From Phoronis australis (taxonomy: Eukaryota; Animalia; Phoronida), in assembly GCA_002633005.1 (NCBI GenBank), contig NMRA01000343.1:248001-312000 (forward strand): a DNA stretch of 64,000 nucleotides, given 5' to 3'. The notes beneath the pieces were generated by a model. The model saw only the letters and a program-made list of their open reading frames with translations. It made no database searches and was not told the origin of the DNA. The translations under genes were made by a program, and so were the position numbers. Positions 26,897 to 39,326 of the stretch are shown here, in pieces. How positions within the stretch are numbered: the stretch's first letter is position 1; each line of letters opens with the position of its first letter.

Positions 26897-28451
26897 ATGA
26901 CAGCTAGAGTGTGAACCTACAATCAGGCGGTCTGTCAGCAATGAGACATACGGGAAGGCAAAGACACGGAGAAACGCACAGAGGCGTATTTACAATTAAT
27001 CGAGTTCTATTGGAATCAAGATCGCCCGGCGGTTTATAAAATACATGAAATGCTGAACGAAGGCCTGGTGTCCATTATACTTCCGTGTATTGCAATTCAC
27101 ACAGGTGAGTGATGAAGATTTTGAAATAGAGGGCGTACTTATACGCTTAACGCACCGACACCATCATGCCGGGAATATTTTAAAACCGTTTCCTACTTTC
27201 ACGGGAAACATGTAACGCCGGGAATTTTTAGTTTGGACTAAAGACTAGAAAGTGCAGCAATCAGGATAGTACCGGATTTAATAATCTTTTTGGGAATTTC
27301 ACATGTTTAACAATACCACCCGCCTTCTAAGTGATCTATTATACCACAAGCATTGAATTTGTGACCTACTTTTTATTATGACTGATGATGAAAATGTTAA
27401 TATATGACGTTCGCAAGGCTATTAATAAATTTCGTGCACTGATGAATCATCAGTTTGTTAATTTTATAGAAAAACTTTCGGACGACGCTATACGAGTCGA
27501 ATAAATGTGTGATTCCCGAACTAGTTTGAGTGGGAAAGTCGCAGTCCCTATTTGCTGATAAGGACAATTCATTCTTGAAAATCTCAGCTGAGTCTAACGA
27601 ACATGGCATCTCAAATCTAGTAACCAACATTTTTACTTGTTATCAGTCCGGCTAACCAGGTACTAAACAACGTCGTCACAGTCATAAAACCGTGTACCAG
27701 GTAACCGGCAAGGTCTGGGTTGTCCAGTAAAAGTAATAATAATTTCCATAAGGATCAAGTTATATGTAAGGCTGGCTAACAAATGTCTGAAATCACCGGC
27801 CAAGCTATTTCGACACTACGCAAAATCTGCATTTTATTTACAGAATACAAAGTTGCTCTTCCTGGAACTCTTCTCTTGTAAGAGATGATGGAATCAACTG
27901 AAACTCGAATTTTGTTTGAAAATGTATGTTATTTAACGTTATGTGACACTTGACGGAGCCGGATGAGCGCTTATATTTCCTGTTTTCCGTTATCATCCTT
28001 CAACATAAATAAACTCCAGCTGGTAACATGCTACCACTGTAATGAACCAATATTCAATGAACACGAATTAATTCGGAAAATTTGTTAGGGAAGACCTCAC
28101 GTCCCTCGTGGGATACCCTCTCTCGGCTACCCGTCAAACATTTTGGTTTGTCAAAGTGAGTGGCAATTGGGAGGAATTAGAAATTATGGACGCCCGGGTC
28201 GTCTGGATCTGATGCATTATTTGCAGCCGCTACTAGCAGGGAATATGACCCATAGAATGTCACCCGTGTCGAATACACACCACTGGTACGAATGTAATTG
28301 GTTGTGGAAATCAGAAGTGAACAATAGTTCGTCTCCTGCCACTCCAACATGGCCCAGGGCCGCATCCGTGTCATCCATGCCGCACCAGAGACACTTCTAT
28401 CGGTATTACACTAACCCGCTCACTCTCGCACAGTTCACAACACACTTATAA
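26897..28451 (+). pseudogene. Degenerate three-exon gene of unknown family (exons 26897-27104, 27844-27923, possibly 28089-28451)
   Basis: ACCATG start, phase-compatible splice sites (G|GTGAGT, ACAG|AA, AAT|GTATGT, TTAG|GG) and a protein-like translation. In-frame TGA at 26912 and 26942, and TAA in exon 2. The third exon is uncertain. Confidence 0.4.
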
Positions 28452-30269
28452 TAAATTTCATAGAAAATCCTAACGAATTGCGGGTATCATGGCCCCCAGT
28501 TAGAAGTAAGTGGAGAAAAGCTCACAGTCGCTTTGAAATTACGATCCGCGAGGCTGTTGCAGTATTGAGGGTTGTCATGCCAACGTTTTTAATCAGCCAA
28601 TACTATGATTGATAATCTTGCTTATCGGTAGCATGTTGCATGTTGTCGATATGACGATGACAACTGATAAGCATCCACGATAGACGAATTCCCGGACATC
28701 CTTCAGCCTGGTGTTGTACACCAACTTTTATAAAGTTGGCCAGCTCCAATGCTTGTTTATATTTGCTTACCTTCGTATAGAATGTTTGTAAAATACAAGA
28801 GGGAATCCCAGACCCATGCTTTTGCTTTTTTAAACTGGGAATTAAATCAAGGAAATGCAAAAGTTATAGAAACGTAACATGCCTTTTGTAGAANTTAAAT
28901 GGATATTCGTCAAATTATGTAACAACAACCAGGACTGATTCTGTTCAAGTAAGAAGACGACTGCCCTCGCTTGCGAGCAGGGGTGCGCTGACATTTTGCA
29001 AAGCTCAGGAAATCATGTGATGGCGCCACGCAGATTCAGTTCCACACAATGACCTTGCTCATGAATGTGGCTCTGCCTTGCACCGCCAACGTTACCAGCA
29101 GTATTACTGTTTTCGAGGAAAGATCGTCGGCTTCAAATTTCCCGTCTTCTGATGAGGGTGACCATTAGTTCACAAAATGATGACAAATAAAACGTTGTGA
29201 TCCTCGAGATATGGCATGAGTGAAATTCATTCCTGCTGGGTGCTGAAATGAATTCCCTACTTGAGTGCAATTGTGCAGTTTTAATTGACGACGTGTTTAA
29301 AAAAACACCTGGAATAGAAAAGGAAATATGTTCTTATAATGGGTTCTATTTTCCTTAATTATTCGTGTTATTCTTTCCCCCATTGTTGCTGGATTTTAAT
29401 TGTTTCAGATTTTTCATCATCGTTATGATCAAATGCCACAACGATAAACGTTTTCACTAATCAGTACGATAGACGCTGATAATATATTTGTTAGTCAGAA
29501 ATTTCTTATATAAATATATGGCAATGTTAGAATTGTTTATTTTGTCTTTCATTTGTCTGCCGGTCTTGACAATCTAAGGCTTATGTATTTATTGTTAATG
29601 GGATTTTTTCACGGGAAAATGCATGGGTTATAAACTTCTCTAAATGCACCGAAACCATCCACAAGAAATGCACCAGCAGTAACAAGTGTTTAATTCTAAA
29701 GAAAATTTCTGGAATTTTTGTAGGTTTCCGTATACCAGACTTATTTGATGACCGAATTATCATTTTTGGCTTCAAATTAATCCACGGTTTAGTCTTCTCT
29801 GTGTTTGAATGTATCCGAAACATTCAAATTCCCAAAAATTTCGGTTTAGTTTATAGCATACTATAAACAAAAGTATCGGTTTCATAATTGCTGGAAACAT
29901 GCAGTAGGCCTACCAAGCCGTTTCCTGTATATCATCATTGACCAACTGAAACTTCGAACCGCTTCAAACCGTGTTCAGGACCCGGGGAACCTTTGTTTTC
30001 GAAAGCAAGTCCAAAATTATGTTTGCCATTACTCTGGGCCAGAATACATTATGATTTTTCATGGGTAGCTGTTTAATCCTAGTTTTTACTTGATGTTCCT
30101 AGCGTTGAAGTTCGAACACGAGTTTTTACTCGATTTTGTACCTTCGAACTATGGGTCGTAAAAAGAAATTACTCGGACTAAACACTCATTTGCGTAAATC
30201 ACATTTAATATACTCGAAGATATAGAAATAGACCCTTGCCTTGAGTTTGTATAACCCTTTGTAATCCAG

Positions 30270-31625
30270 TTCTGCATTGATTCTGTTCGTGAGGATGCGT
30301 TCGAACGTTTTGCCATTGCATGATGGCAGACTCACCCATAGGTAGTCGGCCGTATTATAGTGGTCTTTGTTTGGTTTAGGTGTCATGACACCCAGTGCGC
30401 TTCTCGGCTGGTCTCTCATGGAGAGATAGCGGACATTTTGTCAAAATGTAGTAGGAGATGGAATCGCTTCCTGGCCGGGCTGCTGTTTTTCTTACACTTA
30501 GAGAGTGTTTGAAAGATCTCAGTTAGCGTTATTGCAGCATTTCGTGATCATTTCCGCGTTTTTGCGTATCATGTTCAGGGTTTTGAACAGGTTTGCTTTT
30601 CGGACCCACTGCGTAGTCTAGTACGAGGCGCTTTGGTCATTTTGCAGAAGCTCGATCCTTCGTGCATTGTGTGAGTTTTCTCCAGAGTTTTGGCAAATAC
30701 AATGGCATTGTCGGGGTCGGAGGAGGCAGTTTTGTCATAAATCAGTGGTTTTGCACTCGGGTAGTTGCGAGTGCCCGTGCCTGTACATTCTCTTAAAGGT
30801 CTGCCAAAAGCCTTTGCCCCTTTCCACATTCAGACAGAGACTCACAGAACTTCATGCAGTGGCGAATCGAGGATAACAGAAGGGGGGGCAACGTGTTGCC
30901 TCGGGGTACTGGACAAAGCGCGATTGTATGCACAAGAGGCCCGAAATTTGCGGGGGCCAAGGATGTGCACTTCCTGGTCGCAAAGTCTATCGGTGGAATA
31001 AAAAAGGGAAACAGGAACATGGTTGTCTGCGATCTGAGCCCGCCCTCATCCGATACCACTCCTACTTCTTACTCCCCTCAACATTTCCTCACGCTTCGCG
31101 TTCTTGCTTTTTCATTTTCCTTGTGGGCCCCTCTTCCCCCCTAAATCCGCCTATGTCATGTAGGATTGCCTTTTTCCCAGCCTTTGACAGCGTTTTTGAC
31201 GTGCCTCTTCAGCACATTATAGTAGATGTTGCTGTAGATCGGGTTGTCAGGGTAGACCCGAGTCTTTCGCCTGATTTTGCGTTTCAGTCGGATCAGCACC
31301 AGCGCGTTTTCTGAGCACCGCCATGTGAATGGGCGTAGGCCTACTCTTCACAATGGCAGGTACGTAGCACTGCTTACAGCATAAGTGGCATGATCAATAT
31401 CGGTTGGGGTACGGAGTGGGCTCTCCGTAGATTCGAGGTTAATCTCCACATCCCGCTAGTGTTTCCAATTTATTTTCTTGAATGGCCGTTTGTAGACTTG
31501 TGGGTGGCAGTCAAGCCGGTCTCTGGCGTGGTCTAGTCTGAGGTGTACCGGTAGGTGGTCACTCATGAGGTCGCCCCTACGCTCGCATTTACTGTGCTGA
31601 GTAAAGATCGAGTGATGAATATGAA
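30270..31625 (-). mobile_element. Degenerate non-LTR retrotransposon (LINE) ORF2 fragment, from the endonuclease C-terminus to the start of reverse transcriptase
   Basis: Minus-strand translations give SDHLPV and KKINW (end of APE), the linker ASSDPDNAIVFAKTLE and PKPNKD...SLPSCNGKTFERILTNRI (RT start). Multiple frameshifts. Confidence 0.85.
30857..31155. mobile_element. 299-bp MITE inserted in the LINE fragment, 5-bp TSD
   Basis: Ends CAGTGGCGAATCGAGG and CCTAAATCCGCCTATG. Exact TCATG duplication at 30852-30856 and 31156-31160. Confidence 0.8.
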
Positions 31626-33305
31626 GTCCAATGCTTTGCGGTAGCCTACTGGTTCTGGCGGCGCGTGCCAGTCCATTGCTGGTAAGTGGCTTCACCCGAC
31701 CAATGTCGTTTACTAGATGGTCTGAGTCTTTCACAGCGGCGTCGAAAAGTATCTCGCCGGGTATGTCAGTTTTTTCGTTTCCGAAGAACTTTGATGCTTA
31801 GAGTTGAAATCTTGCATAAATATGCATTGACTATAAATTTTTTCGTGCTACTAGATCCACTGTGGTCCGTCTTCTGGCAGAGATCCTATAGAACCGTGAA
31901 GGAATTGAACACATATCCATAGACTGATATCAGAAAGCCAAGCGGCATTAGGCAAGCACTGATGCACGGAAGCCATTAGACGTGTAGAAAGGTTTTGACT
32001 CTGTATAGCATGACGGCATGAGATTCAAATTCTCCAGTTCACGTCTACCATACATAATGGTTATACTCATGTCATCTTTCCTGAGAGACAGATGCATCTC
32101 GATCAGGCAAGGACAATCTATTTCGCAACCTGAAAAGTAAAGGCCCGCGGCACCCCCGGCAGAGGTCCGTCTCCGTCAGTCCGTTGCTATTCCTGATTCA
32201 ATGTCAACAACCTCTCAGTTCACCCAAGAGACAAAGTCCAGGTATCCCAGTTCACCGATCGGGTTCTGAACAAGTGACAAAGGCAATAGACAGTTGTCTA
32301 AGTACGTCTCCAGCGGGCACTATCAAACTGGAGGACTGGTGCTCCAGTGGCGCATCAAACTCAATGCCGCAATTTAGTCACAGGTCATCCTGTTCCACCG
32401 CAAACACAAACTGCGACCATTTAGTCCTTAATTATTTGGTGTCAGACTCGCACCAAAACTGAGCAGTTAGAAGCCACTCTGCTAGGGGTAATCTTACTCT
32501 GAAAGATCACATTACGATCGATCCCGGGCGTCGCACGCCTGTGCACTAGCTGTAGCCCTCACGACAACTAGAGTCAAGCTTATCGCGATTCGGCGGGCAC
32601 AGGTGTGGGGCGCAATAGGAGCGATTGCCTACTGTTAATCTACAAAATGTTTATCAGGCCCCTATTCGAATATCTTAATTTATGCTATCGGATATTTTAA
32701 CCGGCTGTATCCAAGATCGAAAAAACCCTGAGACTACGAAAACTGGGCCCGGCGGCTGAGAATCGCCGCTCTCGGGCAGCCCAGCAGTAGTACTGCCGAA
32801 CCGACGTACTACACGAACTCGCCGGAATGCAGACTGTCTCCGACAGACTGCAATCACTTCGGCGCCGAAGACGCACGTTACAGTGAATCCGACTCTTCAG
32901 AGAGACACTCAAGTGAAGCTCAGTGAGACGGGGCACACTCACTTCTGACACATAAGGGTTCTGGCCCTGGTCAACTGGTGATAAACTGTCCCGACAACGG
33001 GGCAATATAAAGACAATCAAGGACAAGCATGACTTGTTGCCATTTAGCCGGCTTCATGTGAGTCAAACTGTCTCGACGGGGCTAGCACAAGCAGTGTTGC
33101 CTTCAAGGCTTCAAGGCGGCATCAGTGAAGGCCATCGAAGCCAGCTCAGTAGCCAACGATCGCTGTTATCCTCCAGCCAGCGTCTCGTCTATCAAAAAAG
33201 AAGAATACTGTCGCCTTCTTCACCAAACACAGCGAGGACAGAAGGCGAGATCATCCGATCTTGCGAAGCTGTCCTGGGGCATCGTCCTCATCTCAGTACT
33301 CTCGG

Positions 33306-36300
33306 TAGAGACAGAGCGGCACTTAGCATAGATGAACGAGGTACCAAAATCTGACCACGGGAGCATTTAGAGTCCACCGTTGTCTGCACTCTGGGTGTGA
33401 CCCCTGGGGGCCTTACAAAGGGCCCAGGAAATGAGCTAGACTAGATATTCGAGATACCGGCCAAAACTGATTTTAAACGAACAATAGTACCGCACTGAAC
33501 ACCAAATGACCAATGACAGACAAATTGCACTCTGGAATGGATCCGGAAGAAACCAAAAAAGGACGCCCAAAAAATGAGATAGCACATACATTCGAGGTAC
33601 CACACAAAACCAATTCCATATGATTCAATACATGTCACAGATCACTAAAACCCCTATGACAGACAAAATACACTCTGGGGTGTGCCCGGCAGAAACCCCC
33701 AAAAATCTCAACCACAGTATGCCATCAAAATTTGATCTAGACTAGATTTTCGAGGGAGGTACCGGCCAAAACTGATTTAAAACGAACAATTACCGCACTG
33801 AACATTGAATGACCCATGACAGACAAACTGCACTCTGGAATGGGTCCGGCAGAAACCAAAAAAGACCCGCTAAAATGAGCTAGCACATACATTCGGGATT
33901 CCATAAAATACATGTCCGGTCACTAAATGTTCTATGACCGGCAGACATAATACACTCTGGATTGTGCTTGGCAGAAATCCTCAAAAATCTCAACCACGGT
34001 ATGCCATTTTTGAGATTTTCAAGGTATCGGCTAAAACTGATTTAAAACCAACAATCGTGCTGCACTGAACACCCAATGACCCGTGAAAGACAAATTTTAC
34101 TCTGGAAATAGTCAGACAGAAACCCAGAAAGGACCTTAAAAATGGAGCTACAATTGTCCATGCAGCTTTACCCTGCTAGTTCATTGACAAGTACTCGGGT
34201 GGGAAATCCAAACAACTGGACAACAAGATGTTAAATATTGCACCACGGAAATCGAAGTACACATATTCTAAATTGGTGACAAAAGTGGTGTATTCAATAA
34301 GTTAACTGCAAAAAGCGGGACCGCAGGAAACAAAAAAAAAATAATTATAGAAAACTTTCGTTCACTAAAGCTTGTGTGTACTCTCATGATCACTACAAGC
34401 GAAAAGCAGACGGGTGTCAAGATGTAAGACAGTTAACTCGCCTAGTGGTAAGTTTTTGAAGAAATATTTTTATGAAGTGGAAATTCAGTGTAGTGTATAG
34501 TGTTTGCAATGTTTTAGTTTCGCGGAGTCATTTGTCGATGGCCGATATAATGTCTTCCGCGATAAAATACAAATCACCCCTAATTGGGTGCGCAGCCACG
34601 CGGTGGAGTCCCAATGCTATTTAAATAAATATATAACCATCGACGTGTTTCGGTAATAAGGGTTCTCGCTGCAGGAACAAGCCACCCCATTTAGCGAAGT
34701 GGGCAAAAAGGTCCGCCTCAGATAATCAAAAAGTCCGTGGAAACGAGACAAAATTCCACTAAAAATGAGCAGACGCACAGTTCACAGTTCTGAAGGTGGT
34801 ACCCCGTTTTTTTAGTCCTCCAGGTTTTTTCTGTTAGCAAAAGGTCCACTTGGTCAGAAATTCGAGCCCCCTATACTAGAGGCTGGGTGCGCGCATGGGT
34901 TTTATGTTTTTGTTCGTCAGCTTTTAGACAACTGGTCCCTCGTCAATAAAATTTTCTCCGATGTCCAACATCAAGAAGATTAACTGCGCATTGCTTCCTC
35001 CTTGCCGAAAGACTATTGAACAAGCTCGAACGAGCCCATTATCTTGCCTTGCTCTGGGGCCAAGTGGATTCGGCCGATCCGAGAAACGGTTTGGATCCTC
35101 TTACCTACGGTTGGAAGATACAAGATGGATACTACACTCCCAAATGGTTTTGTGGATATACCGTTCCTGATGTCCTTTAAACATATAGTAGCTTGATGTT
35201 CTTGTCGATACAGTGATTTTGACTATCTGTTACTATGCTGTTTGAAAGTTTTGCACTATGATTTCATGTAGTTTATTTTGATTAAAGAAGGTTTTTAAAA
35301 ACACGACTGTTACTTTTCTTTCAACGTATTGTTTAGTAGTCAATGGGATGAAAAGGCTCATTGGAAATAATTTTCGTGGTTCCTCGATCTAGTGCAAATT
35401 TAGGGGCCATGTGTTGTCGCTGACATATCCTTTCTGCTGGCAGTTTTGATAGCGTGTTATATTTTAAACGATCTGCGTTCTTAAACTTCACTGAGTGGGT
35501 TGGTTTTGACAGTTCCTGGTATCCCAAAGTTTTACTGTTATCAGGTACTTTCCAAAATGCTTACTCTTCGCCATCATCCATTTGACAACCAGTGCCGGTG
35601 AGAGCTCAGTAGACGCAAAAGTACAAACTCATTATCTAATATGTCATGTATTTTCAAAATTACTTACCGGTAGTTGAGATTTCTGGGGCTGGCGAGCACA
35701 ACCCACACTAGATTTTAAGTGTCATAGCGTATTTGGTAACCAGTAACATCTATTTGAATCATATGGAATTGTTTACTGTGGTACCCCGAATGATAACGTA
35801 GCTTCTTTTACGGTCGTAATTTAGTTTCTGGCGAACGCCTGTCTGTCATGGGTCATCTGGTGGATTATTGGTTTTAAGTCAGTTTTAGCTGGTACCTCGG
35901 GTAAACGGCCGCCCAGTATTCCAGGCACAATCTAGATTGTATTTTGTCTGTCATAGGGCATTTAGTGACCTGTAACATGTATTGAATCTCATGGAATTGG
36001 TTTTGTGTAGTACCTCAAATGTATGGGGTCCATTTTTGATTTCTGCCGGACCTATTCCAGAGTGCAATGATTTGTCTGTCATGGGTCATTTGGTGTTCAG
36101 TGCGGTACTATTGATCGTTTAAAATTAGTTTTGGCCAGTACCTCGAAAATCTAGTCTAGCTCAAATTTTTGATGGCATACCGTGGTTGAGATTTTTGGGG
36201 GTTTCTGTTGGGCACAAACCAGAGCCTGTAATTTGTCTGTCACCTGGCATTTAGTGATCTGTGACATGTATATCATGGAATTGGTTTTGTGTGCCATGGT

Positions 36301-36633
36301 ACTGACCTCGAATGTATGTGCTAGCTCATTTTTGGGGGTCCTTTTTTGGTTTCTGCAGGACCCATTCCAGAGTGCAATTTGTCTGTCATGGGTCATTCGG
36401 TGTTCAGTGCGGTACTATTGTTCGTTTTAAATCAGTTTTGGTTGGTACCTCGAATATGAGTCTATGAGCTCAAACTTGGGCCTCTTTGTAAGGCCCCCAG
36501 GGGTCACACCCAGAGTGCAGACACCGGCAGACGTCCATTTCTGTACATACTGAGGTGGACTCTAAGTGCTCCTATGGTCAGATGTTGGTACCTCGTTCAT
36601 CTATGCTAAGTGCTCTGGGCTGCCGCCGGTCTA
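33306..36633. mobile_element. 3.3-kb foldback-like element with about 0.8-0.9 kb inverted arms built from about 300-bp tandem units; carries an AcademX-like coding remnant
   Basis: 33319 onward (GCACTTAGCATAGATGAACGAGGTACCAA...) is the reverse complement of the sequence ending at 36613. Identity continues through repeated units to about 34150 and 35660. Outer ends read TAGA...TCTA. Confidence 0.85.
34945..35175 (+). pseudogene. AcademX-like XPG-domain C-terminal remnant
   Basis: IKKINCALLPPCRKT, then after a frameshift RAHYLALLWGQ...DPLTYGWKIQDGYYTPKWF. This LPP..RA.Y..W..P..GW..P.W pattern is also seen, more decayed, at 16680-16850. Confidence 0.7.
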
Positions 36634-36679
36634 ATACTCTCATTTCACCATTCTGCTGCTTTGAAGAACACCAACTGCT

Positions 36680-36879
36680 GTGGACGCGGAATGTGACGGA
36701 AATACCCGAATAGCCATTCACACATGCGCAGATGACAGTACCGAACCCGCCATTATAAAATTAGTCACGGAAAAACCCAAATTCCAGAAGAACCGGATAG
36801 AAGCAGTTTGAACCATGGAAATTTCCAGCTTGGTGTCTTAAAAGCATAGAAATAAACAAACCAAGCTCAATTTAGAACG
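36680..36879 (+). promoter_or_regulatory. Probable Nup98-96 promoter and non-coding first exon
   Basis: CpG-rich patch with ETS-like CGGAA, NRF1-like CATGCGCA and YY1-like CCGCCATT, then a donor ACG|GTAACG at 36880. The ATG exon has its own acceptor ending at 39291, so an upstream exon is likely. Confidence 0.55.
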
Positions 36880-37349
36880 GTAACGTATGCCAGTTGTGTG
36901 ATCTATTGTGTTATCTTAACTCCGTAGTTTCAACGTTGTAGCCTACGACACACTTCGCTTCGCAGAGTTGGACGTGAATGGACAATGGTTCAATGGTTAT
37001 GATGGATTCGACCATTCTCCGCATGAAGTTAAACAGATCCTGCTTATTCAGGTTGCCAGTCTCTGAAATTCTAACTTATTCGGGAATTGATCCTTGTAAA
37101 TGTTTCGAATCTGAACAGTGATTGTCATCAATACGCAACGGGGAACGGAGGGTTAAATTCGCAACGGATCAAGTCGGATTGGTCAGGTCCTTAAATTTAA
37201 AATTGATTTGAGAACCAGTTACTATGACTCAATAACGATTGGTATTCAGTGGGAGTAAATGGTTCTCAAACCAGAGACCTGTGAATTCGACTTTTACAGA
37301 TTTACGTATTGCTGGTTGACTTGAACTCAATGTAAGAATGGTGAGTTGT

Positions 37350-37590
37350 CGAAGGACTGCTTGAAGAAACCGTTTGATTACCTGGAGTATTTGTTCGGGT
37401 TAGAAGGAATTGGAATCGACGGCCTCCTATGGTGTCCCTCTATGGGCAAAAGATACTACAACAATGTGACATTGATGTTTAAATCAGTTTGAGGCATAAT
37501 TTGCAGAAAAGCTTTTGGCATATGGGGAAGCACCCATAGAAGCTTCACCATCTGTATTGGGGCCAGCTAGAGATGGTGGTCACTGTCTAG
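37350..37590 (+). repeat. Family A repeat copy in Nup98 intron 1
   Basis: Colinear similarity to 10735-10974 (AAGGACTGCTTGAAGAAA...GAGGCATAATTT...CACTGTCTAG). Confidence 0.8.
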
Positions 37591-38338
37591 TGCTTATGTA
37601 GCATTCCTAAATTTTGTCAGTTTTTGCAATCCATTGAATACGATGCAAAAACAATCCAAAATTGGTCAGTCCAGGATAAAATACTGGAAGCTTATGACAG
37701 ATCCAATTGTTAGGGGAATGGTCGAATAAAAAGGCGTTGGAAGAAAATGCAATGCTTCCATTATATTATAAACTAAAGTGCTGCGCACCAATTCACATTT
37801 GGGTCTTTAGACACTTTCTGCTTAACTGAGGGTGCAGAGTGCTCCTGGCCTTGTTAAGACTCTACACCTATGAGCCAGAGACCTGAGTTTGAAACTGCTT
37901 AATCAATAAGCTTTCTGATTATCTTCAAGACGAGAATTGGGATTGGAAATGGTAGGAGTCGGCCACAAGTGGAGCTGATAAATGTTTTATGTCGTTTACT
38001 CTGTAGAAGGTTGAATGTCGTTGGCTTGATATTTTAGTGGAGTGTTTAAGTTAGCACACTAACCAACCAGTACATCAATTAACAGTTTAGGGGAGTATGT
38101 GCTGGAGCTGATCACCCTTACATGTTCATCTGTCTAACTTGTATACTATGTAATGACTAAATGTAAAGCGGCTATGAACAGGCCTTCCATTCGATTAAGA
38201 CTACTTATGGTTACAAAGTAGGTCTCAATTTGTTTCATAGTCAAGAATAATTGATTTGAGGGCTTTGAACAACGTGACAGTTCATGATTGTGTGAAACCA
38301 GGCTCTAGTAGTAGGCCGTATACGGCGGGTCATTTAAT

Positions 38339-38408
38339 GTGCCTTGCATGTTTTAAGGAATAACAAGCTGTTAGTGCCTTGCATGTTTCAAGGAATAACA
38401 AGCTGTTA
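38339..38408. repeat. 35-bp tandem duplication
   Basis: GTGCCTTGCATGTTT(T/C)AAGGAATAACAAGCTGTTA occurs twice. Confidence 0.9.
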
Positions 38409-39326
38409 GTCCTTTGCAAACTCAGACCTCACTTTTCGTTTTAGTTAGCAACAAATTGAGACCACTTTTGTAGTGGTAGGGTGACGGGAATGTGGGTTTA
38501 TATACGATTCGGCAATAGTCGGATATAATGTGTTCGTATTTTGAGAACCAGTTTGATGCCTCTTATTCAGTGGAGAAAACTGGTTCTGGTTGGACACGTT
38601 ATATCCACCCATTACATGTGATTCAATTTTTAACTGTTGATAAAACTGATTAGTTGCTCGGACGTGTTTAGTCTTACACATGCTCAGTCAAATGATCACG
38701 AAATAAGCTGTGTGACACTTGTTATCTGATAGTCATTATCACACAATACAGGTTGTTTTGCATGCAGCCAGATTTTCTATACTGGTAGAGCAACTCAAAA
38801 GGCAACTCAGTCACTGACGGTCAGTTGTGTTTATCATTATAATAAAATCTCACCGGAAAGAATAAATGCCAAATTTTTTTTCACTTTTTTAGAGCAATTT
38901 TGAACATTGTGACTGCCAAAATGTCTCGTTATAGCTATGATTCTACTCATTTTTTTGGAAAAAATAAAAAGTAAAATTTTACTTGGTCACCATATTGTGT
39001 CCTAAATTGGTGAGATTTTATTATGTTTTCTGTGGTAGCGTTCTGTTGACCAAGTTTTTTTGTGAGAATAATGGAATCACATTAGACCTTGCAAAATAAT
39101 GTTTCATGAGTATACTCCAGACCTTACTAGGTAACGTGGCGAAATGGCAGCCACTCAAGTGAATGGTTGTTGAGGCTGCAATTATTAAATAGAATTCGTA
39201 ATTTATTGAATAGAATTTTTGTCGCCAATGCACGCTAAACATGCAAAATGCAGGCCTCGTCTTACATAGCAATCTCTGTTCTTTTTTAAAGATTGAGAAT
39301 ACCAGAAAAAGGAAGCACAAGAAAGG

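Noticed and set aside
26897-27104. Selenoprotein reading of the two in-frame TGA codons
   Set aside because: The next exon has an in-frame TAA, there is no redox-type motif, and I saw no SECIS.
32436-32450. TGGTGTCAGA resembling an LTR primer-binding site
   Set aside because: Only a 10-bp match, not preceded by a CA-ended LTR, and no gag/pol follows.
33430-34150. Repeated units as a CRISPR-like array
   Set aside because: The units are about 300-bp degenerate tandem copies in a transposon arm with no unique spacers, in eukaryotic DNA.
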